From Thermodesulfobacteriota bacterium (GTDB lineage Bacteria > Desulfobacterota > Binatia > Bin18): a DNA stretch of 64,000 bases. The position numbers and the translations under genes are program-made. Below, one piece after another: positions 39,220 to 48,063 of the stretch; within the stretch, counting starts at the first letter, position 1; the number at the start of each line of letters is the position of its first letter. The DNA lies in the NCBI GenBank assembly GCA_964291405.2, contig OZ219926.1, positions 1,280,001 to 1,344,000 of the forward strand, read 5' to 3'. The notes under the pieces were generated by a model. The model searched no databases. It was not told the DNA's origin and worked only from the letters and a program-made list of their open reading frames with translations.

Positions 39220-40605
39220 ATGACGATGGAGATGAAGAACATCCGTGAAGCCATCATGGATGGCCAGACCAAAACCGCAGACTTTGAGGGGCTTCCGCTC
39301 CCGGAATCAATGCTGGCGATCACTACCCATAAGGACGACGTGAACATGTTCCAGGGGCTGGAGTCCTGGGAAAAGGACCCCAGGAAGAGCCTGCACCTTG
39401 ACCGGGTATCGATCCCGGAGGTTGGCCCGAATGAGGCCCTGGTCGCGATCATGGCGTCCAGCATTAATTTCAATACGGTCTGGAGCGCCATCTTTGAGCC
39501 CCTGCCGACTTTTTTATTTTTGGAACGGAACGCCAAGAAAAGCCCGTGGGACAGCCGGCATAATCTGCCGTATCACATCCTGGGCAGCGACGCGTCCGGC
39601 GTGGTTTTGAAAGTTGGGCCTGGGGTGAACCTGTTCAAGCCGGGCGACGAAGTCACCGTTCACTGCAACTATGTGGATATGCAGGCCCCGGACGGCCACG
39701 ACGATTCCATGCTCGACCCGGACCAGCGTATCTGGGGCTTTGAAACCAATTTTGGCGCTCTGGCTGAAATTGCGGTTGTCCGGGCCAACCAGCTCATGCC
39801 CAAGCCGCCGCATCTCACCTGGGAAGAGTCGGCCTCTATGCCGCTGGTCAACTCCACCTCATATCGCATGCTGGTCAGCGAGAACGGCACCCATATCAAA
39901 CAGGGCGATATCGTCCTGATCTGGGGTGCGGTTGGCGGGCTGGGCGGCTTTGCGTTGCAGTATGTGTTGAACGCGGGCGCATTCCCCATCTGTGTGGTGT
40001 CCTCGCAAGACAAGGTCAAGTTATGCGAAACCATTGGTGCGCGCTGGGTGATTGATCGGAATGCCGAGGGCTACCGGTTCTGGAATGAAGACGGGTCGCA
40101 AAACCTGGGCGAACTGCGTCGCTTCGGCAAACAGATTCGTGACATGACGGGCGGCGAGGACCCGGATGTGGTGTATGAACATCCGGGCCATGAGACCTTT
40201 GCGGCCAGCGTCTTTATCGCACGGCCCGGGGGGCAGGTCGTCACCTGCGCTTCCACCAGCGGCTATAATCACGAATACGACAACCGCTATTTATGGATGC
40301 ACAAGAAGCGCATCATTGGCTCGCACTTTGCGAACTACAGAGAAGCCTGGGAGGCGAATCGCCTGGTCTGCAAACGCGCTATCCATCCCCTCCTGTCGGA
40401 GACCTATCCCCTGGCCGAGACCGGTGAGGCGGCATATCGGGTACACCATAATGCGCAGATTGGAAAAATCGGCGTGCTCTGCCTCGCCCCGGAAGAAGGG
40501 TTGGGCGTCACGGACGAGGAAGGCCGCGCGCGGCATATCGGGCAGATCAATTTGTACCGGAACGCCGTCAAGGGTGACTTCCGCCTGGTGAAGACCGAAC
40601 CGTAA
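39220..40605 (+). CDS. ccrA: crotonyl-CoA carboxylase/reductase
   Basis: SSINFNTVW, WGFETNFG, KPPHLTWEE, CASTSGY..EYDNRYLWM and IIGSHFANY. Confidence 0.92.
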   Translation: MTMEMKNIREAIMDGQTKTADFEGLPLPESMLAITTHKDDVNMFQGLESWEKDPRKSLHLDRVSIPEVGPNEALVAIMASSINFNTVWSAIFEPLPTFLFLERNAKKSPWDSRHNLPYHILGSDASGVVLKVGPGVNLFKPGDEVTVHCNYVDMQAPDGHDDSMLDPDQRIWGFETNFGALAEIAVVRANQLMPKPPHLTWEESASMPLVNSTSYRMLVSENGTHIKQGDIVLIWGAVGGLGGFALQYVLNAGAFPICVVSSQDKVKLCETIGARWVIDRNAEGYRFWNEDGSQNLGELRRFGKQIRDMTGGEDPDVVYEHPGHETFAASVFIARPGGQVVTCASTSGYNHEYDNRYLWMHKKRIIGSHFANYREAWEANRLVCKRAIHPLLSETYPLAETGEAAYRVHHNAQIGKIGVLCLAPEEGLGVTDEEGRARHIGQINLYRNAVKGDFRLVKTEP

Positions 40606-40623
40606 TGGGGGAAAGTCCGGTTC

Positions 40624-41115
40624 ATGCCTCGCATCACTATTCGTTCCGCCACTGCGGACGACGTGCCGCTCATCCTTGAGTTTATCAAGGCATTGGCGCG
40701 ATTTGAGAACGAGCCGGACGCGGTCAAGACCACGCCCGAAGACCTGCTGCGCGACGGCTTTGGCGAACGGCCTCAGTTCGAGGTGCTGATTGCCGAACGC
40801 CATGAAAAGCCGGTGGGCTTTGCCCTGTTCTTTGTGACCTACTCCACCTGGGAGGGACGGCCGAGCCTGTATCTCGAGGACCTGTTTGTCACCGAGTCGG
40901 CGCGCAAACATGGAGTCGGGCGGGCGCTCATGGCAAAACTGGCCGCTATTTGTGTCGAACGCGGTTATCAGCGCCTGGAGCTCCAGGTTTTGGACTGGAA
41001 CCCCGCTCGTAAGTTCTACCATCGTTTGGATATGAGCCATATGAACGAATGGCTGCCCTACCGGCTCAGCGGTCAAGCACTGCACGTACTGGCGGCGGAG
41101 ATAAAGCCCTCATAG
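40624..41115 (+). CDS. GNAT N-acetyltransferase (SSAT-like)
   Basis: YSTWEG..LYLEDLFV...RKHGVG and VLDWN..A.KFY. Confidence 0.9.
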   Translation: MPRITIRSATADDVPLILEFIKALARFENEPDAVKTTPEDLLRDGFGERPQFEVLIAERHEKPVGFALFFVTYSTWEGRPSLYLEDLFVTESARKHGVGRALMAKLAAICVERGYQRLELQVLDWNPARKFYHRLDMSHMNEWLPYRLSGQALHVLAAEIKPS

Positions 41116-41138
41116 GGCCCCCTCGTCCGAATACGCAT

Positions 41139-41168
41139 GTAACCCAAATGTCTGGCTCAGGTGTCTTA
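41139..41168 (+). promoter_or_regulatory. putative ECF promoter (autoregulatory) GTAACCC-N15-GTGTCTTA
   Basis: The same motif with the same spacing recurs at 42689-42718. Confidence 0.7.
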
Positions 41169-41180
41169 TACAGATAGAGG

Positions 41181-41768
41181 ATGACTGCGTCCATGCTCGT
41201 CGGAGTTGGAATAGCTGAGATGGAAGCACTGCCGGCTGAACGTGAGGAGTGTTTCAGCGCGTTTGTCGCTCTTCAGCGCGACCGGGCGAGGCGGCTGGCC
41301 TGGCGCTTGGTCGGTGGCGACGAAGCCGCGGCCGAAGATGTCACCCAGGAGGCTTTTGTCAGGGCCTATCAGGCTCTTGACCGCTTTCGGGGCGAGGCGA
41401 GTCTCGAAACGTGGTTCTACCGCATCCTCGTTCGTCAGGCGCAGAATTATCGCCGCTGGCGGGCCGTGCGAACCCTCTGGCAGCCAGAAAGCGAAGCAGA
41501 GCCCGCCGACCCAACGCCTGTAGCGCAAGGCGACCCCGGGCTGCGGCGGCGGATCGCTCAGGCCCTGGACCACCTCTCACGTCGGCAGCGCGAAGCCTTC
41601 GTGCTGGTCCATCTTGAGGGATTTACGGTGCAGGAGTGTGCCGATTTTCTGGGGAAACCGAGCGGGACCATTAAGAGTCATCTCCACCGCGCTCTGGTCA
41701 AACTGCGCGCGGAACTGGCCGACCTGAACGAAGGTACGGACCATACATCAAAGACAGGAGGTGCATAG
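41181..41768 (+). CDS. ECF RNA polymerase sigma factor
   Basis: AEDVTQEAFVRAY, TWFYRI, LS.RQREAF.L and GTIKSHLHRA. Confidence 0.92.
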   Translation: MTASMLVGVGIAEMEALPAEREECFSAFVALQRDRARRLAWRLVGGDEAAAEDVTQEAFVRAYQALDRFRGEASLETWFYRILVRQAQNYRRWRAVRTLWQPESEAEPADPTPVAQGDPGLRRRIAQALDHLSRRQREAFVLVHLEGFTVQECADFLGKPSGTIKSHLHRALVKLRAELADLNEGTDHTSKTGGA

Positions 41769-41770
41769 TC

Positions 41771-42178
41771 ATGCCCTCTTCAAATGAGCGTGAATACCTC
41801 AGGCCCGACGATCGGCGGTTTATTCGGCGTATGGCCGAGCACTATGCGCCCCAGCCACTCTCGGCGGCACGGCGGGCGACGTTTGACCAAACGCTTGAGG
41901 AACGGCTGACAGACTCTGCTCGACCCCCTTTCCTGCGGCCCGCCAGTATTCTTATCCCCATTTGTGCAGCCTTGTTGCTGTGGTTTGCGCTCCCTTCGCA
42001 GCAGGCTTCCAGTCCGAACTTCAAAGTGCTCACTCCACCGTCAGCCCCAACACCGCTCGCGCAAGACACGACCTCTCACCCCACCCTCTTGGCGTATGCC
42101 TATTACCAATCAGAAGCGCAGGACGACTTTCTTCCCGTTGAATATATCGCCTTGGCTGATGCTTTTGAGCTGCTGTAA
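41771..42178 (+). CDS. putative single-TM anti-sigma factor
   Basis: Immediately follows the ECF gene; one hydrophobic segment (ILIPICAALLLWFAL). Confidence 0.6.
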   Translation: MPSSNEREYLRPDDRRFIRRMAEHYAPQPLSAARRATFDQTLEERLTDSARPPFLRPASILIPICAALLLWFALPSQQASSPNFKVLTPPSAPTPLAQDTTSHPTLLAYAYYQSEAQDDFLPVEYIALADAFELL

Positions 42179-42185
42179 ACAGGCC

Positions 42186-42692
42186 ATGATGAGAAAGACC
42201 GGCATATTTATACTTGTAGCCGTGTTCACTCTGTGTGAATGGAGCGGCTGGATGGCTGGCGGCTGGGCACAGCCCCAAGGTCCGCCCGCCCGTCATGCGC
42301 CTCCCGGTCTGCGCCTTGAGCGCCTAGTCGAGGAGTTGGGGCTTGATGCGCAAACCCTGGTCCAGGTAGACGCTATCATTGACGCTTCCCGTAATAAGAA
42401 GCGGACTCTGCGGCGTCAATTGCGGGAAGCACGCAAGCAGATGCGCAGCCTGTTGGAAGCAGAAGAGCCCCAGGAAGCCGAACTGTTGGAGCAAGCCGAC
42501 CGTATTGGTGGCCTGCGGACGGAACTCCGTAAAGAGCAATTAAAGACCATGCTCCGCGTCCGCGCTCTGCTGAGCCCGGAACAACGCGCTAGGCTGCTCG
42601 AACGGCTCAATAAGGGCCCCCGGCACGGCCGGCGTGGATTTGGTCGGCATCAGGGCTTCCAGTCCGCTCCCCCGCTGGACCCATCACAGTAA
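42186..42692 (+). CDS. periplasmic Spy/CpxP/heavy-metal-sensor-like protein
   Basis: Signal peptide, LGLDAQT and LLSPEQR (LTxxQ-like) motifs, helical and charged. Confidence 0.8.
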   Translation: MMRKTGIFILVAVFTLCEWSGWMAGGWAQPQGPPARHAPPGLRLERLVEELGLDAQTLVQVDAIIDASRNKKRTLRRQLREARKQMRSLLEAEEPQEAELLEQADRIGGLRTELRKEQLKTMLRVRALLSPEQRARLLERLNKGPRHGRRGFGRHQGFQSAPPLDPSQ

Positions 42693-42718
42693 CCCGGAAC
42701 CCGTCCGGGCGTGTCTAA
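42689..42718 (+). promoter_or_regulatory. second putative ECF promoter GTAACCC-N15-GTGTCTAA
   Basis: Matches the motif upstream of the ECF gene; 33 nt before the 42752 start. Confidence 0.7.
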
Positions 42719-42751
42719 TCAAACAGACTCACAGACCAAGGAGGTCGATTC

Positions 42752-43288
42752 ATGACAAAAAGCAAATGGATCATCGTCGGTGTCAGCGTGGTGAGCGCAG
42801 GATTTTTGCTCGCCTCGCTCGCGTCCGCCCGTCCCGGACACGGGCGCTCGGGTTGGGGCGGGCCGGGGTCCTTCCCCTTGCGGGTGTTACGGCACCTGGA
42901 CCTGAGCGAGACCCAGCAGGCCAGTATCGATACGATCAAGAAGAAACATCGAGAAAACCTGACCGGTCTCAAAAAAGATCTGAGGGCGACCCGTCAAGAG
43001 ATCATGAACCGCCTCCTGGGAGAGTCGGACGTTGAAGCTGGTGACTTCACCGCCCTGCAAGCCGAGTTGAGCCGGCTTCACGCGGCCCTGCTTGAAGAAT
43101 CGCTGACAATGGCTCTAGCTATCCGGGCCGAACTGACTCCGGCGCAACGTACGGAAGCCGCGACCCGGCTTGAGGAGATGCGGGCGCGTTGGGCCGAGAA
43201 ACGCGCCAAGCGGCATCACGGGGAATGTGCCGAACGACATCACGAGGAATGTGCCGAACGGCATAAAATGAAGAATAAGGACGGCTAA
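42752..43288 (+). CDS. periplasmic Spy/CpxP family protein with His/Cys tail
   Basis: Signal peptide, LDLSETQ and LTPAQR; tail RHHGECAERHHEECAERH; aggagg RBS. Confidence 0.82.
   Translation: MTKSKWIIVGVSVVSAGFLLASLASARPGHGRSGWGGPGSFPLRVLRHLDLSETQQASIDTIKKKHRENLTGLKKDLRATRQEIMNRLLGESDVEAGDFTALQAELSRLHAALLEESLTMALAIRAELTPAQRTEAATRLEEMRARWAEKRAKRHHGECAERHHEECAERHKMKNKDG
43211..43264 (+). repeat. 24-bp tandem repeat (about 2.25 copies) encoding RHH(G/E)ECAE
   Basis: cggcatcacggggaatgtgccgaa / cgacatcacgaggaatgtgccgaa / cggcat. Confidence 0.85.
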
Positions 43289-43305
43289 CCGCCCGGCGCA
43301 ATCAA

Positions 43306-43337
43306 GCAAAGGGGGAGCCCAGGGCGCCCCTTTTTGC
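43306..43337. terminator. bidirectional intrinsic terminator
   Basis: gcaaagggggagccc-a-gggcgcccctttttgc hairpin with A/T tails between convergent genes. Confidence 0.7.
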
Positions 43338-43353
43338 GCCGAATCGACAGTCG

Positions 43354-44115
43354 CTACTGCGCCACCAGGCCACCGTCCACCTGCATCGGAATGCCGGTCA
43401 CAAACGAGGCGGCATCCGAACATAGCCAGACGACGGCTTCACCGACTTCCGCGGGCTGTCCAAAGCGGCCAACCGGCTCCATAGACACGGCAAGTTCATC
43501 GAACCCCGGAGACAATTGCGCTCCCCGTTCGACCATGGGGGTTTGAATCACTCCCGGACAGACCGCGTTCACCCGAATGCCGGATTTGGCGTATTCCAGC
43601 GCTGCGGTCTTGGTCAGACCGACCACGCCATGTTTACTCGCCACATAGTCGGGCAGGCCGGGAAAGCCAACCAGACCGGCAGCCGAAGCCGTATTGACAA
43701 TAGCCCCACCGCCCTGGCTGAGCATCTGTTGGATCTCATATTTCATGCACAGCCACACACCGGTCAGATTCACCGCAATCGTCCGGTCGAACTCTTCCTC
43801 AGTACAGTCAATGGTCGGCTTCACACCACCCTCAATCCCCGCATTATTAAACGCGCAGTCGAGACGACCATACGTCTCGACCGTCTGTGTGATCAGCGCC
43901 TCTACATCGGCAGCCTTCGACACATCAGCTTTAACAAAGAGGGCCTCTCCACCCGAGGCTTCAATCTGCTGCACGGTTTCCTGACCACCTTCAACCACAA
44001 TATCCGACACAACGACTGTGGCACCTTCTCGGGCAAAGACGAGGGCCGTGGCCCGACCAATACCGGACCCCGCTCCGGTCACGAGTGCAATTTTGTTATC
44101 CAATCGTCCTGGCAT
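43354..44115 (-). CDS. short-chain dehydrogenase/reductase (paralog 2)
   Basis: TGAGSGIG, NNAG and YVASK. Confidence 0.93.
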   Translation of the reverse strand: MPGRLDNKIALVTGAGSGIGRATALVFAREGATVVVSDIVVEGGQETVQQIEASGGEALFVKADVSKAADVEALITQTVETYGRLDCAFNNAGIEGGVKPTIDCTEEEFDRTIAVNLTGVWLCMKYEIQQMLSQGGGAIVNTASAAGLVGFPGLPDYVASKHGVVGLTKTAALEYAKSGIRVNAVCPGVIQTPMVERGAQLSPGFDELAVSMEPVGRFGQPAEVGEAVVWLCSDAASFVTGIPMQVDGGLVAQ

Positions 44116-44135
44116 GCTTTCCTCCTCCTGGCCTC

Positions 44136-44897
44136 CTACTGGGTGACCAGACCACCATCGACCGCCATGGGGTGGCCTGTGACAAATGAAGCAGCGTCGG
44201 AACACAGCCAGACTACTGCCTCTGCAATCTCCTGGGGCTGACCGAGCCGACCGACCGGCTCGACTGCGGCGACCGACTCCGCCAGCTGCGGATTGTGGCG
44301 AAAGGCCCGCTGGACCATGGGAGTGTCAATCACACCGGGACACACGGCATTGACCCGAATCCCGGCCTTGGCATATTCCAGCGCTGCGGTTTTTGTCAGT
44401 CCCACAACCCCGTGCTTGGCCGCAACATAGGGAGCGATGCCCTGAAAGCCGACCAGCCCGGCGACCGAAGCCGTATTGACGATGGCTCCGCCGCCCTGTT
44501 TGAGCATCTGCGGAATTTCATACTTGAGACACAGCCAGACGCCTTTCAGGTCGATAGCCACGACCCGCTCCCAGTTGGCTTCGCTGCACTCGGTGGTGGG
44601 AGACTGCTCGCCCTCAATGCCCGCATTGTTAAACGCGCAGTCGATTCGCCCATAGGTTTCAACCGCCGTGTTGACTAACGCCTCGACCTCAGCGGCTTGA
44701 GCAACATCGGCCTTCACAAAGGCGGCCTGTCCACCTGCGGCAATGATCTGCTGCACGGTTTCCTCACCGCCCTCCACCACAATATCCGAGACGACAACCT
44801 GGGCGCCTTCCCGCGCAAAAGCGAGCGCGGTTTGCCGTCCAATACCCGAGCCTGCGCCGGTTACAAGCGCAACTTTTCCCTCGGTCAGTCCTGCCAT
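44136..44897 (-). CDS. short-chain dehydrogenase/reductase (paralog 1)
   Basis: TGAGSGIG, NNAG and YVAAK. Confidence 0.93.
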   Translation of the reverse strand: MAGLTEGKVALVTGAGSGIGRQTALAFAREGAQVVVSDIVVEGGEETVQQIIAAGGQAAFVKADVAQAAEVEALVNTAVETYGRIDCAFNNAGIEGEQSPTTECSEANWERVVAIDLKGVWLCLKYEIPQMLKQGGGAIVNTASVAGLVGFQGIAPYVAAKHGVVGLTKTAALEYAKAGIRVNAVCPGVIDTPMVQRAFRHNPQLAESVAAVEPVGRLGQPQEIAEAVVWLCSDAASFVTGHPMAVDGGLVTQ

Positions 44898-44951
44898 ACG
44901 TTTCCTCCTGTTTCGGTTGGTTTCTTGAAAGGTGTATCAGAAAAGGGTGGG

Positions 44952-46220
44952 TCAGATGATCGGTCCTGGCGAGAAACGACACGGCAGATGCTTGATCCCA
45001 TGAATAAAATTATGCGTCAACCGCTCGGGTTCTCCGGTGATTTCAATATCTGGAAGGCGTTGAAAAAGTTCCCGGAACATGACTTCCATCTCCCGCCGGG
45101 CCAGGTTTACCCCCAAGCAGAAGTGGGCACCCGCACCAAATCCGAGATGCTCATTCGGGCTCCGGGTGATATCAAAGCCATACGGGTCCTCGAAGACCGC
45201 TTCATCTCGATTGGCCGAGGCGTACAAGAGGAGGACCTTCTCGCCCTGACGTAGCAGCTGCCCCCCGACCTCGGTGTCACAGGTGGTCGTGCGCCGCATA
45301 TAGATGACCGGGCTGGCCCAGCGGACAATCTCTTCGATGGCGGTCTTGGCATAGGCGTTAAAGTCCGACTGCCATAGCCCGCGCTGGTCCGGAAAATCAC
45401 TCAGGAGCTTGATACCGTGGCTGATCGCATTGCGCGTGGTCTCATTGCCGGCGGCAACCAGGAGTACGAAAAAAGAGCTCAGCTCCTGGTCGGTCAGACG
45501 GTCCCCATCCAGTTCGGCATGCATGAGGGCTGAGGTCAGATCGTCAGTGGGGTGCTGGAGACGCTGTTGGCGCATATCGGCCATAAGCTGGCTTAGGCTC
45601 TGACCGGCTTGTATCACCGCTGTGAATCGCTCGGCCAGATCTTCTGTCCCGTACTCGGGGTCTATACCCCCCAGGATGATATTGGTTTGCTCGAAGACAA
45701 AGGCGTGTTGACTGTCTGGAACACCCAGCATGTCGCAGATGATTTGAATCGGAAACGGCGCGGCAATGGCATCGACAAAGTCACACTCGCCCCGTTCGAT
45801 GATGGTATTAATCACCCGCCGCGCAGCCGTTCGTACGTCGTCTTCGACCTGCCGTAAGTGACGCGGGGTAAAGGCTTGTGACACGAGGCTGCGGAGGCGT
45901 TTATGCCGAGGGTCGTCCATTACAATCATGGAGCCGAAAAATTCTCGCGCTTCGGACGGAGTATCGATGATGGTAATGCCTTTGGCCGAGGAAAAGATCT
46001 GGGAATTCAGGCTGGCGTGGAGCACATCGGCATGCCGACTCAACACCCAATAGCCCGCTCCCTGTATCGGAACGCTGGTCTCACCTTCCTCAAAGAAAGC
46101 AACGGGGTGCTCTTTGCGCAACAGTGCAAAGGCACCTTCTCGTTCTTCCAGACTTTTGCGCCAGAAGTCCCAGTTCGATAGATCAATCTCGTCAACAGAG
46201 TCAGGATAGTGAAGCTGCAT
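44952..46220 (-). CDS. cytochrome P450 (CYP124/125-like)
   Basis: AGNETT, EEIVRW (ExxR) and FGAGAHFCLG heme motif. Confidence 0.93.
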   Translation of the reverse strand: MQLHYPDSVDEIDLSNWDFWRKSLEEREGAFALLRKEHPVAFFEEGETSVPIQGAGYWVLSRHADVLHASLNSQIFSSAKGITIIDTPSEAREFFGSMIVMDDPRHKRLRSLVSQAFTPRHLRQVEDDVRTAARRVINTIIERGECDFVDAIAAPFPIQIICDMLGVPDSQHAFVFEQTNIILGGIDPEYGTEDLAERFTAVIQAGQSLSQLMADMRQQRLQHPTDDLTSALMHAELDGDRLTDQELSSFFVLLVAAGNETTRNAISHGIKLLSDFPDQRGLWQSDFNAYAKTAIEEIVRWASPVIYMRRTTTCDTEVGGQLLRQGEKVLLLYASANRDEAVFEDPYGFDITRSPNEHLGFGAGAHFCLGVNLARREMEVMFRELFQRLPDIEITGEPERLTHNFIHGIKHLPCRFSPGPII

Positions 46221-46241
46221 GCCTCGCCTTACGGCCTGAGA

Positions 46242-46748
46242 CTAATCATTGATGCATGTCCAGCCCTCGCAGACCGCGGTGACTTCATTATTCACCAGGG
46301 ATTTGATATCGGCGGCCGCCTTTTTTGAGGTCGCGGTTCGGGTGCACATATCTGTGGTCACGGTCTCGCCGACCCCATTAAAGGCATAGACCAGATATTC
46401 TTCCCCTTCCCGGAACAGCACCCCGCACAGTTCGGTGGTGGCGTACGTTTCGAGGATCAGTTGGGATTTGTCCGTGCCTTTGATCGCGGTGCCGACATCC
46501 ATTGTGACCCGGAGCGTCTCAAACTCGTACAGGTGCTCAGAGCCCAACATGGACTTCCACGCCCCGTATAGCCAGCCGTCGGCCTCAATGTGCTCGACGT
46601 TCGCGGCCGTCCCCACAAACACGACGTCGACGGCTTCCGCTCCCTGGCTGGGCGACGGCGGAGTGAGACAGGTACAGGCCTGCACCGGAATAGGCAGCAA
46701 TCCGAACGCGACAATACAGCCAACTATAAGCCCTAGGAAACGATTCAT
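46242..46748 (-). CDS. secreted TIMP/NTR-like domain protein
   Basis: Signal peptide ending VQA followed by CTC; VFVG, CG..F..GEEYLVYA and C.RT pattern. Confidence 0.7.
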   Translation of the reverse strand: MNRFLGLIVGCIVAFGLLPIPVQACTCLTPPSPSQGAEAVDVVFVGTAANVEHIEADGWLYGAWKSMLGSEHLYEFETLRVTMDVGTAIKGTDKSQLILETYATTELCGVLFREGEEYLVYAFNGVGETVTTDMCTRTATSKKAAADIKSLVNNEVTAVCEGWTCIND

Positions 46749-46836
46749 CACGCTTCTCCCCTTTCGCGCTATTTCAGAAACGTTAGCGTCCTTTCCGTCT
46801 TGTATCAATCTCCGTCCCTTCAGAGTTTTACCCAAC

Positions 46837-48010
46837 TCAGGGCACCACGAGCGGCAAACTCTTTGGTCCTCGAACGATGAGGGATTCCATCCTGGTAACC
46901 GGCTCATCCGTGCCAGCAAGCGCGGGAAACTGAGCAGATAATTCCTCAAAAGTAATTTTGGCTTCAAGCCGGGCGAGCTGAGCACCTAAGCAATAATGAA
47001 TCCCATACCCAAATGCTAAGTGACCGTCGGTATCACGCGTAATGTCAAGTCGTTCAGGGTCTGGAAACTTCCGCTCATCTCGATTTGCCGAGGCAATGAG
47101 AAGAAAGACCAACGCATTAGCCGGTAACGTCGTCTCGGCGATTTCTATATCCTGGGTGAGCTGTCGAGGGATACCCTGGACAGGACCATCAAAGCGTAAG
47201 GTTTCTTCTATGGCGTTAGGAATAAGAGACTGGTCGGCCCACAACTTTTCCATCTGATCCGGATGATCCAAAAGGGCGAGCATCATATTGCCGATGAGGT
47301 TTGTCGTTGTCTCGTTTCCTGCCACCAGAAGCAGCATGAGCAAGCTGAGCACTTCCCATTCATCCAGCTTTTGATTCTTCTTCAGCCTGGACCAGTGCGG
47401 TAGTCAGGTCCTCACGCGGGTCGACTCGACGCGCGGCAATCACAGCTTGGAAGTAAGCACGAAACTCAGCAATACTCTCGCGAATCCGTTTTTCATCTTC
47501 GGCGGTAAACATGCGGTTGGTCGCCAGAATGAGATCGTCTGACCAGCGCTTAAAGTCCGCTCGGTCTTCGGGCTTCACCCCGAGCATCTCGGCAATAACG
47601 ATAACTGGGAGTGGGCTGGAAAGGTCGTGGACCAGGTCGAACTCAGATTTTCCAGCGAGCTGTCCGACTAGCTCCCGAGCGACCTCACGAATGCGAGGTT
47701 CAAGACTTCGAATAATACGCGGTGTAAACGCTTTATTGATCAGTTTGCGTAAGCGAGTGTGATCGGGCGGGTCGCAGGAAACCAGGGAGGGCGCCTCCGG
47801 CACAGGATTAAGGTCGCCAAGCATATTTGCCAAGAATGTAGAGGAAGAGAAAAAACTCGGGTTTTTGAGCACGAAATCGATATCGTCGTAACGGCTGAGG
47901 GCCCAGAAACCGAGTCCTTCGATCTGATAAGCTGGCGCATGTCCACGCAGGTAGGCGTAATAGGGATACGGATTTTCTTTCACTTCCGGCAGCATTGGAT
48001 TGTACTCCAT
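46837..48010 (-). pseudogene. cytochrome P450 with a frameshift near 47375 (real or assembly error)
   Basis: The N-half (DPPDHTRLR, PLPVIVIAEMLG) and C-half (AGNETT, EETLR, FGYGIHYCLG) lie in different frames; a single indel in GAAGAAGAATCAAAAG restores ...NQKLDEWEVLSL. Confidence 0.88.
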
Positions 48011-48063
48011 AGGTCCTCCTCTTTCGCATTTTTCGCAAACGTTAGTGCCCGTTCTGTCTCGTA

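Noticed and set aside
43211-43264. CRISPR-like repeat
   Set aside because: Contiguous in-frame coding repeat with no spacers and no cas genes.
47360-47362. UGA in the split P450 as selenocysteine
   Set aside because: The downstream half is in a different frame and the position is not a catalytic Cys, so this is a frameshift.
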